Assembly: GCA_964637955.1 (NCBI GenBank)
Contig: CAZWXQ010000002.1
Coordinates: 71,782 to 135,781, forward strand
Source: an uncultured Gammaproteobacteria bacterium
GTDB taxonomy: Bacteria > Patescibacteriota > Microgenomatia > Levybacterales > UBA12049
Direction: 5' to 3'
DNA length: 64,000 bases
This document shows positions 1-10,300 of the stretch, one piece after another (the first letter of the stretch is position 1; the number at the start of each line of letters is the position of its first letter). The notes below the pieces were generated by a model. It saw only the letters and a program-made list of their open reading frames with translations. It was not told the DNA's origin and searched no databases. A program made the position numbers and the translations under genes.

Positions 1-11
1 AAAGCCGCGAG

Positions 12-2423
12 ATGAGTAGTTTGGTTTTGCCATACATGAATCAGGATCTTCACAGTACTGGAGAAGCAGATATATATGGAGATAGTTTTGCTGCTGTAAT
101 TCTTGGACGGGAGCTAAGATATGTGGCAGACACTCTTTTAATGAATGATATTCCAGATTCGGATCTACGATATTTAGCTGAATTTTTACAGACTCATTAC
201 CCGGGACAAGAAAGAGATTTACTTATAAAATTTATAAATAAGAAATACTTGGCTTCGCCAAATGTTTCCTTGGAAGAAAAGGTGGATTACCTTGCATATA
301 ATATCGAAAATTTGGGAGTTGAGGGTCTTATTCAAGTTGCAGAGCAAGTAGATAATGTAGCTGATTTTAGAAATTTTAAGAATAAGACAAGACATGAAAT
401 TGAAAAATATCTAAACGGATCTGGAAAGGAAATGGAAATTGACGCAGCTGATTTCATGACCTCGTATTTCTTAAAACATTTTGGGCATCTTTTTGATACG
501 GCCATAGATACAGATCAAAATAAAATAGATGTTTCAACTGATCTTGCAGGAAAGTGGTTTCAGTATTATTTCGGAAAACACAAACGGTTTTATCCTCCTG
601 AGTATCGCGAAGATGAAAAAAGATTTGAAATAAATGGAGGATATTATCGAGATTTATTCATGTCAGTTCGTGATCACTTCGGTTCGCAAAAAGATTCTAT
701 TAATTCAAAACGGGCAGTTTTGGCTTTGAAGCTTTTAATCGATGAGGGTGGTGGACTTACAACACCTGAAAATAGAGATCAAGTTGCGGAATATATTACA
801 AAAGCGCTTAGTATTGATGATGCCTTTTTAAGAGAAGTGGTAAATGCCGCAGCTCTAGAATCCGATGCAAAATTGGTTTCTTTTCCAGCAGCCCAGATTT
901 TGGCGCCTCTTATCTTCAGAGCTTTAGATGTGGGCAGTATAGATCCTGAAAAAGTAGCTGATGTAGATATTCCAATAAATATAGATGATTTTACAGGAGA
1001 GATATATTACAGTAAAAAGCTTAAAGATATATTTCCAGAGAGAGATATCGCTCACATTACAAGCTCAATCACTCGTGATATTAAAATATTTGGCCCCAAT
1101 TATGCAGGCCACACACAGTCTGCGATTTTCTCACTCGCACAAGAAAGTGATCTTTTATATGAGCAGTTTAGAGCTAAATTAAAAGAAATATTTGGCGATT
1201 TAGAAGAAGCACCTATTTCAGTTGAGCCTGGAATTGAATTGCCACTTGCCACTGAAGCATTAATTAGAGCGGTAGAAGTAAGTGGAGCAATCGGAGTAAG
1301 AGCGCTTCAGCTAACATCTCAGTTTGAAGATTTACCGCCAGTTTTAGAGAGGAGACTTGCTCAGTCATTTGATTCAAATCATGGTATGGAAAAACTGAGA
1401 TTCTGGATAAATCTCGATAAGTTGGCATCTGAAAATCCTGAAATTGAAGAATTTGTTAAGAGAATTAGTCTGGGAAATTATTTAGGGGGAGGAAGTCTTC
1501 AAACCACTTATCAAGCAAGACATGTTTCCGAAGATGGTATTGAGAGCGATGTAGTTCTGAAGCTAAAAAATCCGAATGTAGAACATTTCGTAGATGAGGT
1601 TTATGAATCATCTAGAAAAACCCTTGAAAGAGTTATTTCTGATTCGATTGATCCAAGATCTGTAAAATACGCAAAAACTGGTCTTATGCTTCTTGATCTC
1701 TCAAGAGCTTGGTGTAAAGCGGACATACGAACTACAAATTACGAGGAGCTTGATGATAGATTTAGATCTACAATTGAATCTTTTAGCGCGAATGATTATC
1801 AAGTTTATGCACCAGAAAGAGTTCTAACTCATCCAAAATTAAAAGTAGAAGCATTGGGAGAAGGACCAACTGCTAACAAGTACCTGCAAGATGAAGCAGT
1901 AGCTTCTGATGATAAACGCGAAGTAGTCGCTAGACTTGCAAGATTCTTCCTTCATCAACTAGAAGATCCAGCGTTTGTAAATGAAAATGGTGAAGATGTT
2001 TATCTTTTGGGATCAGATCCTCATGTTGGAAATTTCTTAGTTGGGGAAAATGGTGAGATTGGAGTAATCGATAGAGATTATTATCTAGAATTCTCAAAAC
2101 CTGACATAGATCTATTTAATAAATTGATTTATGGGTCTAGCTCAGCAGATTTTGCACAAGCATTTGTGGATAGACTTTTGGATATAAACAAAGTTCGAGG
2201 AATAAGTAAGCAAGTTCAAAAAACAAAAATACTTGGAAAATTAGGTATTCAAAAAGCAAAAGGAGAGAGTGACAATATGCAGCTCCTAAGAACAATCTTA
2301 TCTGAATTCATTAGTGCAGACATGGAAGTTCCAGTGGAAATAAGAGTTATGGTTAGAAATATTGAAGCCTTTAAGAAGCTGTGTAAAAAATATAGTCTAG
2401 ATCTTAGCGGATTGAGAAATTAA
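12..2423 (+). CDS. Large AarF/UbiB (ABC1) atypical kinase-domain protein, probably 5'-truncated by the window edge
   Basis: C-terminal half shows ABC1-like motifs GAIGVRALQ, GGGSLQTTYQA, VVLKLKNPNV, SDPHVGNFLV and IDRD; the frame is open back to position 3. Confidence 0.7.
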   Translation: MSSLVLPYMNQDLHSTGEADIYGDSFAAVILGRELRYVADTLLMNDIPDSDLRYLAEFLQTHYPGQERDLLIKFINKKYLASPNVSLEEKVDYLAYNIENLGVEGLIQVAEQVDNVADFRNFKNKTRHEIEKYLNGSGKEMEIDAADFMTSYFLKHFGHLFDTAIDTDQNKIDVSTDLAGKWFQYYFGKHKRFYPPEYREDEKRFEINGGYYRDLFMSVRDHFGSQKDSINSKRAVLALKLLIDEGGGLTTPENRDQVAEYITKALSIDDAFLREVVNAAALESDAKLVSFPAAQILAPLIFRALDVGSIDPEKVADVDIPINIDDFTGEIYYSKKLKDIFPERDIAHITSSITRDIKIFGPNYAGHTQSAIFSLAQESDLLYEQFRAKLKEIFGDLEEAPISVEPGIELPLATEALIRAVEVSGAIGVRALQLTSQFEDLPPVLERRLAQSFDSNHGMEKLRFWINLDKLASENPEIEEFVKRISLGNYLGGGSLQTTYQARHVSEDGIESDVVLKLKNPNVEHFVDEVYESSRKTLERVISDSIDPRSVKYAKTGLMLLDLSRAWCKADIRTTNYEELDDRFRSTIESFSANDYQVYAPERVLTHPKLKVEALGEGPTANKYLQDEAVASDDKREVVARLARFFLHQLEDPAFVNENGEDVYLLGSDPHVGNFLVGENGEIGVIDRDYYLEFSKPDIDLFNKLIYGSSSADFAQAFVDRLLDINKVRGISKQVQKTKILGKLGIQKAKGESDNMQLLRTILSEFISADMEVPVEIRVMVRNIEAFKKLCKKYSLDLSGLRN

Positions 2424-2737
2424 ATTTTTCCCTCGCCGCTTGTATTTGGCTGTGAAGGTCCGTTAACTTGTCCTTCAGATTGTACAGCTGCTTGTGGAGC
2501 TTGAGCTTCTGCTGTTGGATATAGTGGTCTCGTTGTCGGATCATTTCCTTCATTTTTTGTGTACCAATCAGGATCCTTAAGTGTGTGATTCGCCACGATT
2601 TCATCAGTTGTTGCTGGGCGGGAAGGGGTATGTACATTTGCTTCCATTACGGTCTGGTCAGCTCTTAGGGCTTGATCCGGAGTCATTAAGTGTCTGTGTT
2701 TTCCGACGAAGTCTTTGAATGATTGAATACCACTCAT
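2420..2737 (-). CDS. Hypothetical protein (105 aa, low-complexity C-terminus)
   Basis: ORF fills the gap and converges on the kinase gene; plausible composition. Confidence 0.55.
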   Translation of the reverse strand: MSGIQSFKDFVGKHRHLMTPDQALRADQTVMEANVHTPSRPATTDEIVANHTLKDPDWYTKNEGNDPTTRPLYPTAEAQAPQAAVQSEGQVNGPSQPNTSGEGKI

Positions 2738-2770
2738 AATCTATTTTTAACTTATCACAGTTTGGGATTC

Positions 2771-2799
2771 TTGACAATATTCTGACAAACTAGTACGCT
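2771..2799 (+). promoter_or_regulatory. Sigma70-type promoter, leaderless start of 2806 gene
   Basis: TTGACA(2771)-17 nt-TACGCT(2794), ATG 6 nt downstream. Confidence 0.7.
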
Positions 2800-2805
2800 A
2801 ATTAT

Positions 2806-3585
2806 ATGAGCAAGTTTTTAAAGCTTAGTATATTTTTTGGTTTTTTTATCTTCGTATTTTCTTTGGCTACAGCTACTTACGCTAGGGAAGATGAATCAGA
2901 AAACGAAACAAACGTTACGGCTACAATAACTCCTACAAAGGTTAAAGAAAATCAGCGAAATAATCAATTTAAATCAAAATTAGCAAAAGAAAAAGAAGAT
3001 GAATCTGAAATAGAAGATGATCTAATTTCTGTTTCTCCAGGAAAAAATAGAGAGAAAAAAGAAGCTAAGATTTCCAAAGCTATGGAAAGAAAAGCAAGTA
3101 AATTATCTGAAACAAGACTCAAAAAATGCGAAATAGTAGAAAAACATATAGATAACAGATTCAAAACACTTCTATCGCTCGGAGTAAATACTCATAAAGG
3201 AAAAGAGAAAATCGTAGAAAGAGTGGATAATTTTTATGCAAATAAATTGGCTCCTGCTGGTTATACGCTTTCAAATTATGCTGCTCTTAAAGCTGATATC
3301 GAAACTAAAGAGGCAGCTGTTCAGGCAATTCTTGATGAGGCTCAAACAAATGGAGAAAGTTTCAGTTGTGATTCAGAAGATCCAAAAGCTCAAGCTGATG
3401 AATTTAAAACAAATATCCAGGCTTTAATCGCTGCAAATAAGGCATATAAAACTTCTGTAAAAATATTTGTAGTAGCAGTAAGAGATTTGGCTAAGAAGGC
3501 AAAAGCTGATAAGATGGTTCCAAGTCCAGTAGTTTCGCCAGTTACGTCACCAGCAGTAAGTAATGAAGTGACTGAGACACCTTAA
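2806..3585 (+). CDS. Secreted coiled-coil hypothetical protein
   Basis: Signal peptide (..LATATYA|RE), Lys/Glu/Ala-rich helices, two Cys, VSP repeats at the C-terminus. Confidence 0.75.
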   Translation: MSKFLKLSIFFGFFIFVFSLATATYAREDESENETNVTATITPTKVKENQRNNQFKSKLAKEKEDESEIEDDLISVSPGKNREKKEAKISKAMERKASKLSETRLKKCEIVEKHIDNRFKTLLSLGVNTHKGKEKIVERVDNFYANKLAPAGYTLSNYAALKADIETKEAAVQAILDEAQTNGESFSCDSEDPKAQADEFKTNIQALIAANKAYKTSVKIFVVAVRDLAKKAKADKMVPSPVVSPVTSPAVSNEVTETP

Positions 3586-3588
3586 AAT

Positions 3589-4005
3589 ATGGATCAAAAT
3601 AACACAACAACACCAACTACATCAGCTCCAGCTACTACACCAACACCGGTAGTGCCTGCTGCTCCTGCAGTGACTCCGACGCCTTTAACTGGCCCAGTGG
3701 TCTCTTCTCCTAAAAAATCTGGAATGGGAAAGAAGCTTTTGATTATTGTTTTGGTTCTGATTATTGTTCTGGTAATTCTTGGTGGAGCAGGTTATTATTA
3801 CTATGCGAATATGATGAGTAAGCCTCAGGAGGCAAAAGCACTTCCTACACTTGCTCCAGTCATGACAGCAACTCCTACGCAGGATCCAGAAGCTATAAAA
3901 GACGAAAATGACCTTGAAAAGACTGTAAGTGAGCTTGAAAATGCGAGCGATGAGGCAGAAATGACAACTGAATCAAAATCCTTGGAAACTGATTCTAACT
4001 TCTAG
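3589..4005 (+). CDS. Single-pass membrane hypothetical protein
   Basis: Pro/Thr-rich N-terminus, one TM helix (LLIIVLVLIIVLVILGGAGYYYY), acidic tail. Confidence 0.75.
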   Translation: MDQNNTTTPTTSAPATTPTPVVPAAPAVTPTPLTGPVVSSPKKSGMGKKLLIIVLVLIIVLVILGGAGYYYYANMMSKPQEAKALPTLAPVMTATPTQDPEAIKDENDLEKTVSELENASDEAEMTTESKSLETDSNF

Positions 4006-4325
4006 GTTTCTCGTGTAATTAATATTACGCCTTCGTCAAATCCTCCAAGCCTTTCTAATTTTTCTTTTCTTGCAGTATTAATTTCATTTTCCGAAACTCC
4101 TTTTAAAGCAGCGAGTGAAATAATAACTTGCATTAAGTCTCCAGCTTCTACAGCAATCTTTTTACCTTCGCCATCAAATATTGCTTCAATTAATTCACGA
4201 GCCTCTTCATCCAATTTTTCTATATGTGAGTCAACTAAATCTTCTTCGGATTCGACAGTCGTGATCTTCGTGCCAGGTAAAGGAGGCAAATGCTTATATC
4301 CATCTCTGACTAATTTTCTTTCCAT
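4002..4325 (-). CDS. MazG-like / house-cleaning nucleoside triphosphate pyrophosphohydrolase (COG4997-like)
   Basis: Start reassigned to MERKLVRD (4325); family motifs KLVRD, KLDEEAREL, EAGDLMQVI, RKEKLERLGGF; TATAAT 7 nt upstream. Confidence 0.8.
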   Translation of the reverse strand: MERKLVRDGYKHLPPLPGTKITTVESEEDLVDSHIEKLDEEARELIEAIFDGEGKKIAVEAGDLMQVIISLAALKGVSENEINTARKEKLERLGGFDEGVILITRET

Positions 4326-4379
4326 GGAGGAGATTATAATAAATAGAATTTTGGCAGTCAATTTTGCTATGCTTAAAAT

Positions 4380-7300
4380 ATGACAGAAACACTGCCTATT
4401 CCTATTGCTGCTGTAAATCTCCAGCCAAATCTGTCTGAAAGTCCTTACTATACACCAGAACAAAGAGCTCAGATATTTGAGGTTTGGGCTGCAGAAGAGG
4501 CGAAGATTCAATTGCAAGCTGCAAGTGATATGCAGTGGGAAAATGGGATGCGGATGGAAGCGACTTTTCCATCTTCTGATCTTGATCTATTGTTTTTCAA
4601 ACATGAATCAAGCGATGGAAAGTGGATAGGAGCAGAAATTAATAGAAAGTCTCTTCAGCACTTAATCAGACAGGAAATAGAAGGTTTATTATCATCAGGA
4701 AAACTTACTTCTGTGCCGGAGATAACTGAGCAGCAACTAAAATCTACGCGCCTTTATGGGTTAATGTTAAAATTATATCCGACTTGGCAAGAAGCGATTG
4801 CATCATCATATAGAGGTGCTATAAAACCTTACACTTTCTCAGCTGATTTGCCTCAAAAATATTGGAAAGGTGAGAAAGGCAAGGAACGAATCAGTGAAGC
4901 AGTTAAATTTATTATTGAGTCCCGTTTATTTATCAAAAAAAAGGATCCTGAAGAATTTAGAAAAGCGCTTCTTTCACTTTCTCCCAATTTATTGCCATAT
5001 ATTGGAAATTCTATTAGAAAATTAAATCCGATTAGATCTGAACAAGTTATTATAGATGCGTATCCAGAGTTAGGGTTAAAATTAGAAGATTTTGAAGTAG
5101 GAAATTATTGGCATAGATTGCATAATCTAGACGAGTTCTTGTCTGGTCCAGATGCAGCTACGGAAACAAGGCAGAGATTATTTCATCATCTTAGAAATCT
5201 TACAGATAAAACTTTATTGCTTCATGAGGAAGCTATGCGAAAAAAAATAAGTTCAAGTAATGGAAATGGATCACACGAATACTTGCAAGATGATGAATCT
5301 GTAGCTCAAGCCCTAGAAGGTGATCCTGAAGCCAGTCATTATTCAGAAAGTGAAAAAGAAGAAATACTTCAGATTTGGGAAAGATTACAAAAGAAAAGAG
5401 TGCAGGAAGAATTGAAGCTTGATGAATATGTAGCAGAAGATAAAGGTTATATTTATGCACATCAAGACAGGCTTGCAGATTTAGTACTAATGATTGAATC
5501 CGGGCAAGAAGTAGCTAATTTAGTAAAAAATAAAACAGAAGCAGGCATTTTAGTTAGCAGTATGATTGGACATGCCCAGAAAAGTTTGGGGTTCGCGTTA
5601 AAAACTGATGAATTTGATGAAAAAGTATTGAACCAGTTAGGAGTATTAAATATCATAAAGAAGTTTTATCCTCATTATCAGGTAGGTCTTTCAAGATCTT
5701 TACCATTAACCAGACCTTATCTATTTAAAGAGCCTCTACCCATAGATTATTGGAAAGGAAATGAAGGAAGGAAAAGATTAGGAGAAGCTATCAGGACTGT
5801 ATTGGAAGATCAAATCTGTCTAGAAAAAGTAGATCCTGAAACTTTCCGGAAGATTATTCTTTCTATTTCAGCTGAAACTATGCCATTTCTAGGACCAACT
5901 TTAAAAGAATTAAATCCAACCAATCCTGAAGATGCGCTTATTGCAGCATACCCTGAACTTAAGCTTCGAAGAGTGGATTTTTTACCCAGTACATTCTGGT
6001 CGGAGCATGTAAATGTACAAATAAATCCCGTTTCTGAATCTGAAAAAAATATGTTAAGAGCAGAACCTTCTATGCGTCCAAATGCATTAAAGACCAGGAG
6101 AACATTAATAGAAAAAATGAAAGAGTCTCAAGAAGATTTAATTCAGCGTCGTATTTTAGAACTTCGAGAAGTATTAGATTCTGAGGGTAAGGTATCTGAC
6201 GCTATTCATGTTGGAAATATTGTAGACGGCGTAACTTCTGAAGAAGGAAGAGATGAGCAAATTCAGCTAGAAAGCTTGGATTCAGGTTTGGTATCTGCTG
6301 ATCCAGAGGCTGAAGATAGCGCTGAGCAGGTTGACTCAGTCGCTTCTGAAGAGGTCCGGTATTATTCAGAAAGAGAGCTTACAGATATATATAAACATTG
6401 GGGGATATTGACTGATAAAAAAGTATTGGAATTAGAGCATAAGGAACAACAATATCTTAAAGATAGCCAGTATATTTCTAAAAATAAAGAAAGAATTGGA
6501 AGACTTATAAATGCTTTAATTGATGGTCAAGATATCACAGAAGAAGTTACCTCAGAAGTCGAGGCTCGCATTTTGGTTGGTGGTAGATTGGCAGATTTAA
6601 GAGATACTTTGGGGATTGCGTATGGTTCTTCAGATATTGATGCAAAAGCACTTGAGAATTTAGGACTTTTAAGTATTCTAAATAAATTTTATCCTAATTA
6701 TCAGGTAGGGCTTTCGCATGTAATGCGTAATTCAGCACCGCCTTACGCTTTTAAGGAGCCATTGCCAATAGGATATTGGAAAGGTAAAGGTGGCCAAGAA
6801 AGGCTAAATGAAGCGGTTAGGAGTACAGTAGAGCAAGTAATTGCTATTGAAAAGTTAGATCCTGAAGTTTTCAGGCAAGCTGTATTGTCTTTGTCTGCAG
6901 TTGATATTCCATTTATAGGTGCTGCAATAAAAGAATTGCATCCAGATTTTCCCCAAGATGCGATAATTGAAGCTTATCCTGAGCTTAAATTAAAAAGAAA
7001 TGATTTTAGTCCGGGAATTTTTTGGCATGATCATCTTATAACTGGATATGATCCATCACTGGATATAGATACAAAGTCAACAAAAGGACAATTTTTGAGA
7101 AAAAAAATATTAAATGATCTTGTTATTGTTCATCAGAGATTAGCTCAGGAGAAAGCGGGAAGAAGTCTGGAAGTTGGGGGCTTGACTGCAGGTTTGGCTA
7201 TATCAGAAACATCTATGCCAGAAGCTGTTCAGACAGAACAATTGGATTTAAGCTTAGTAAATTCCGAGCATTTGTCAACTGAGCTTGTAACTGCTGAGGT

Positions 7301-10300
7301 GCAGCTTAATCCAGAACTGGAAGCGATAATTCAAGAAGCACTTGATGGTAGAGGTGATGATTTTGAATTAGATTATGCAAAAAGTTACGATTTTCAAACC
7401 AAATTTAAAATTGCTGAAGCTTTGATAAGAGATGGAAGATTTCCTCATCCTGATTTTCTTATCGAAAACCTGGGTCCAAGTGAAAATGTTGTTGTTACCG
7501 AACTTAAAAATCAGCTTATAGCACTTAAGATAGAATCTAGACTTGAAAATAGTCCTGACTTAAAAGCTCTAATAGATAGCGGAGTTCCAATAGAAGTTGT
7601 TACTCAAATTGCAGTTGTGGAATTTTTCACAGATATAACTGATGAAGAAAAACTCGAAGAGCTTAGGTCAAGAATTACGCAGCCTGTTCTAAGAGAATAC
7701 CTTGGAATTTTAAAAGGACAAAAACAAGTTAAAGATTTAACCACTGAAGAAAAAATGGATATGATTCCGGATGAAGTTTTCTCAAATCCTCATATTGTTA
7801 AGTTTGGACTTCTTGAGAGATATTTTGAAGGTCAATTAATGCGCATGCTTACGGATAAAGGCATTTCTGAGGGAATGGCAGAGTTTGATAAATTGGTTCA
7901 GGAATCTCCTGCTGGAAGACAAGAATTTCTTGCTACGATCCGTGATAGGTTTTTGGAAATTGCTACAGCCCCAGCTCCACCAGGATTTCGATCTAAAATT
8001 TCGGTAAACGGGGAGTTAAGGCCATTTCCATCATTTGAACAAAATGCATTTTTGTATGATTTTATAAATAATAATTGTAGGTTTCTTACTGCTGAAACAG
8101 GATTAGGAAAATCTGCTACATCATTTATGGCAATGGAAAGTACAGACGCTAGGAAAGTTATGATTATTGCTCCAGCAATAGCCCGAGAAACCTGGAGAAT
8201 AGAAGAAGAGAAAATATTCACAAATCCTGGTCAAGTATTTATCGTAGAAAAAGCTGAGCATTTGTTTGATCCACAGATTTCTGAAAAAAAATACATTGTG
8301 ATTAGTCAAAATCTTCTAGGTACACTGGAAGGAAAACCGGAAGTGGCTACCAGAATTAAAGAATTAATAACAGAACAGGGTATAGAAGGTGCCATAATCG
8401 ATGAAATAGATAGTTTATCAAATCCAAGAGCAATTTCAGTAAAATCCACATTTCAAATACTTGATTTAATAAGAGCAAACTATGCTTTAGCTCATGACGG
8501 GAAAGAGGCACCAGTCTTAGGTCTTTCTGCAACTCCTATCAGAAAAAGTATCTCTGACTTAGATGCTCCCATGAGTATGCTTTACCCTGATTTGTATGCA
8601 AGATCTTTTGCAGCATCAAGTTCATCAAAAAGAACATTTAGTCAAAAGACTTTAAGTAACCCCGAAGTTGTTTTTGCTACCCTTATAGGCGAGAGAAGAA
8701 TGTTTCGATGGGAGAATGCAAATGGTGTTCAAGAGTTCAATTACGCCTCAATTCCAATTGATCTATCTCCATTTGAGAGAGAACTTTATGAATATGTTTT
8801 GGAAAGAGTACCAACGCAGTCGCTAGATAAAATCAGAATTCTAGAAGATTTACTGCTAAATCCAAATCTAATAAAAGCTGAAGTTAGACGCATCCAGAAA
8901 GATGGCATTGGAGAAGTTGATTTTATCGAGACTCTAGGAATTTTAAAAGGAGTAGCTAAAAAATGGAAAGACCATCATGGGGTTGATGCTCCACTTTCGG
9001 AAGATCAAATGCTAAGCATAGACAGGTTGGTAGAAATGGGATATACAGATTTGGCTATAAAATCATTTTTTACCCAAACGTATGATAATGGTTTGGACTA
9101 TTTAGTGGAATTATTCACAAGAGATACTGATGATCCGGATTTACAAACTTTAGGTAGATTCTGGAAGCCAAGAGAAATATCAACAAAATATGATGAACTA
9201 AGGCAAATGGTTCTTGATGGTCTAAGTCCAAGAACAGAAGATGGTCAGGTGGTCAGAGAAAAAGTTTTTATTGTGTCTCCTTCCAGAAAACAAGGAAGAA
9301 CAAAAGGTGTGCAGCAGAGAACAATTGCTTCTGAGAACGGAAGAGAAAAACTATATACAGAATCAGAACTTGATTACATTAATGATACAACTCTAATAAA
9401 AAGAATTAACGGATGGCTGGGAACTAATTATGGAAAAGACGCGGTAATGCTTCTTGATGGATCTATTCCTGTAAAAGCAAGAAATGCAATTATTCAAAGA
9501 TGGAAGTCAGATCCAAATGCGCAGGTTTTACTTGTAACTTTAGAATCTACTTACCAGAGTAGAGACTTTACCATTCAAGAAACTGTAAATGAATATGGTA
9601 TAAAAACTAAAGGTGTCACGAAAGTTTTCCTTGGATGGCCATGGTATCATCAGCAATTTAAGCAGATGGTTGGAAGAAGTCAGAGACAAGGACAAATAGT
9701 TCCGGTTAGAAATGTAGTCCTGGAAGCTAGTGGAACTATTGATCAAGGAAAAAGAGACCAGGTTATGTATACAGCGCTACTGACCAGACTTGCTCTTGGT
9801 GGAGCAAGGCTCACGCCTGAAGAACAAGAATTTTTCGACGAGAGAAAATCTTCAGCAAGATTAATTGATGCCGGATTAGATTCTACATACATGCGAGATT
9901 CTTTGGTAACAGTAAGAGCAAAAGGGGAGGATAGAGCAGTTGAGTTTTACGAAGCGAGAACGATTAGAGATAAAGAGAAAACAAATGAGGTGAAATTTGC
10001 AGAAAAATATTTCGACGAAGGGAATGATCAATATAGAGTTGCCGGTCAAAATTCTCAATTGGTAGCAGCAATCGCGTCTGAAACCCTTCCTAGTAATGCA
10101 AGAACTTTAAGTTTAGGCGCTGGAACACTTCTTTTTCAAAGAAGTCTAAAACGTCCGGTTGTAAACGTAGATATTAATAGCGCGATGATGGATGTAGCTA
10201 AACATCTCGTTGAAGAATACGGAGGAGTAAATGTGGTAGGTAGAGCTTCAAGACTTAATGAATCAGACTTTGTCAGTAATAGCTTTGATTTTGTGGATTC

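Noticed and set aside
4326-4517. N-terminal extension of the MazG-like ORF overlapping the giant gene
   Set aside because: Homology starts at MERKLVRD and a -10 box sits just upstream of 4325; the ORF-track extensions at 17339, 17152, 29161, 33383, 53496 and 58004 were rejected for similar reasons
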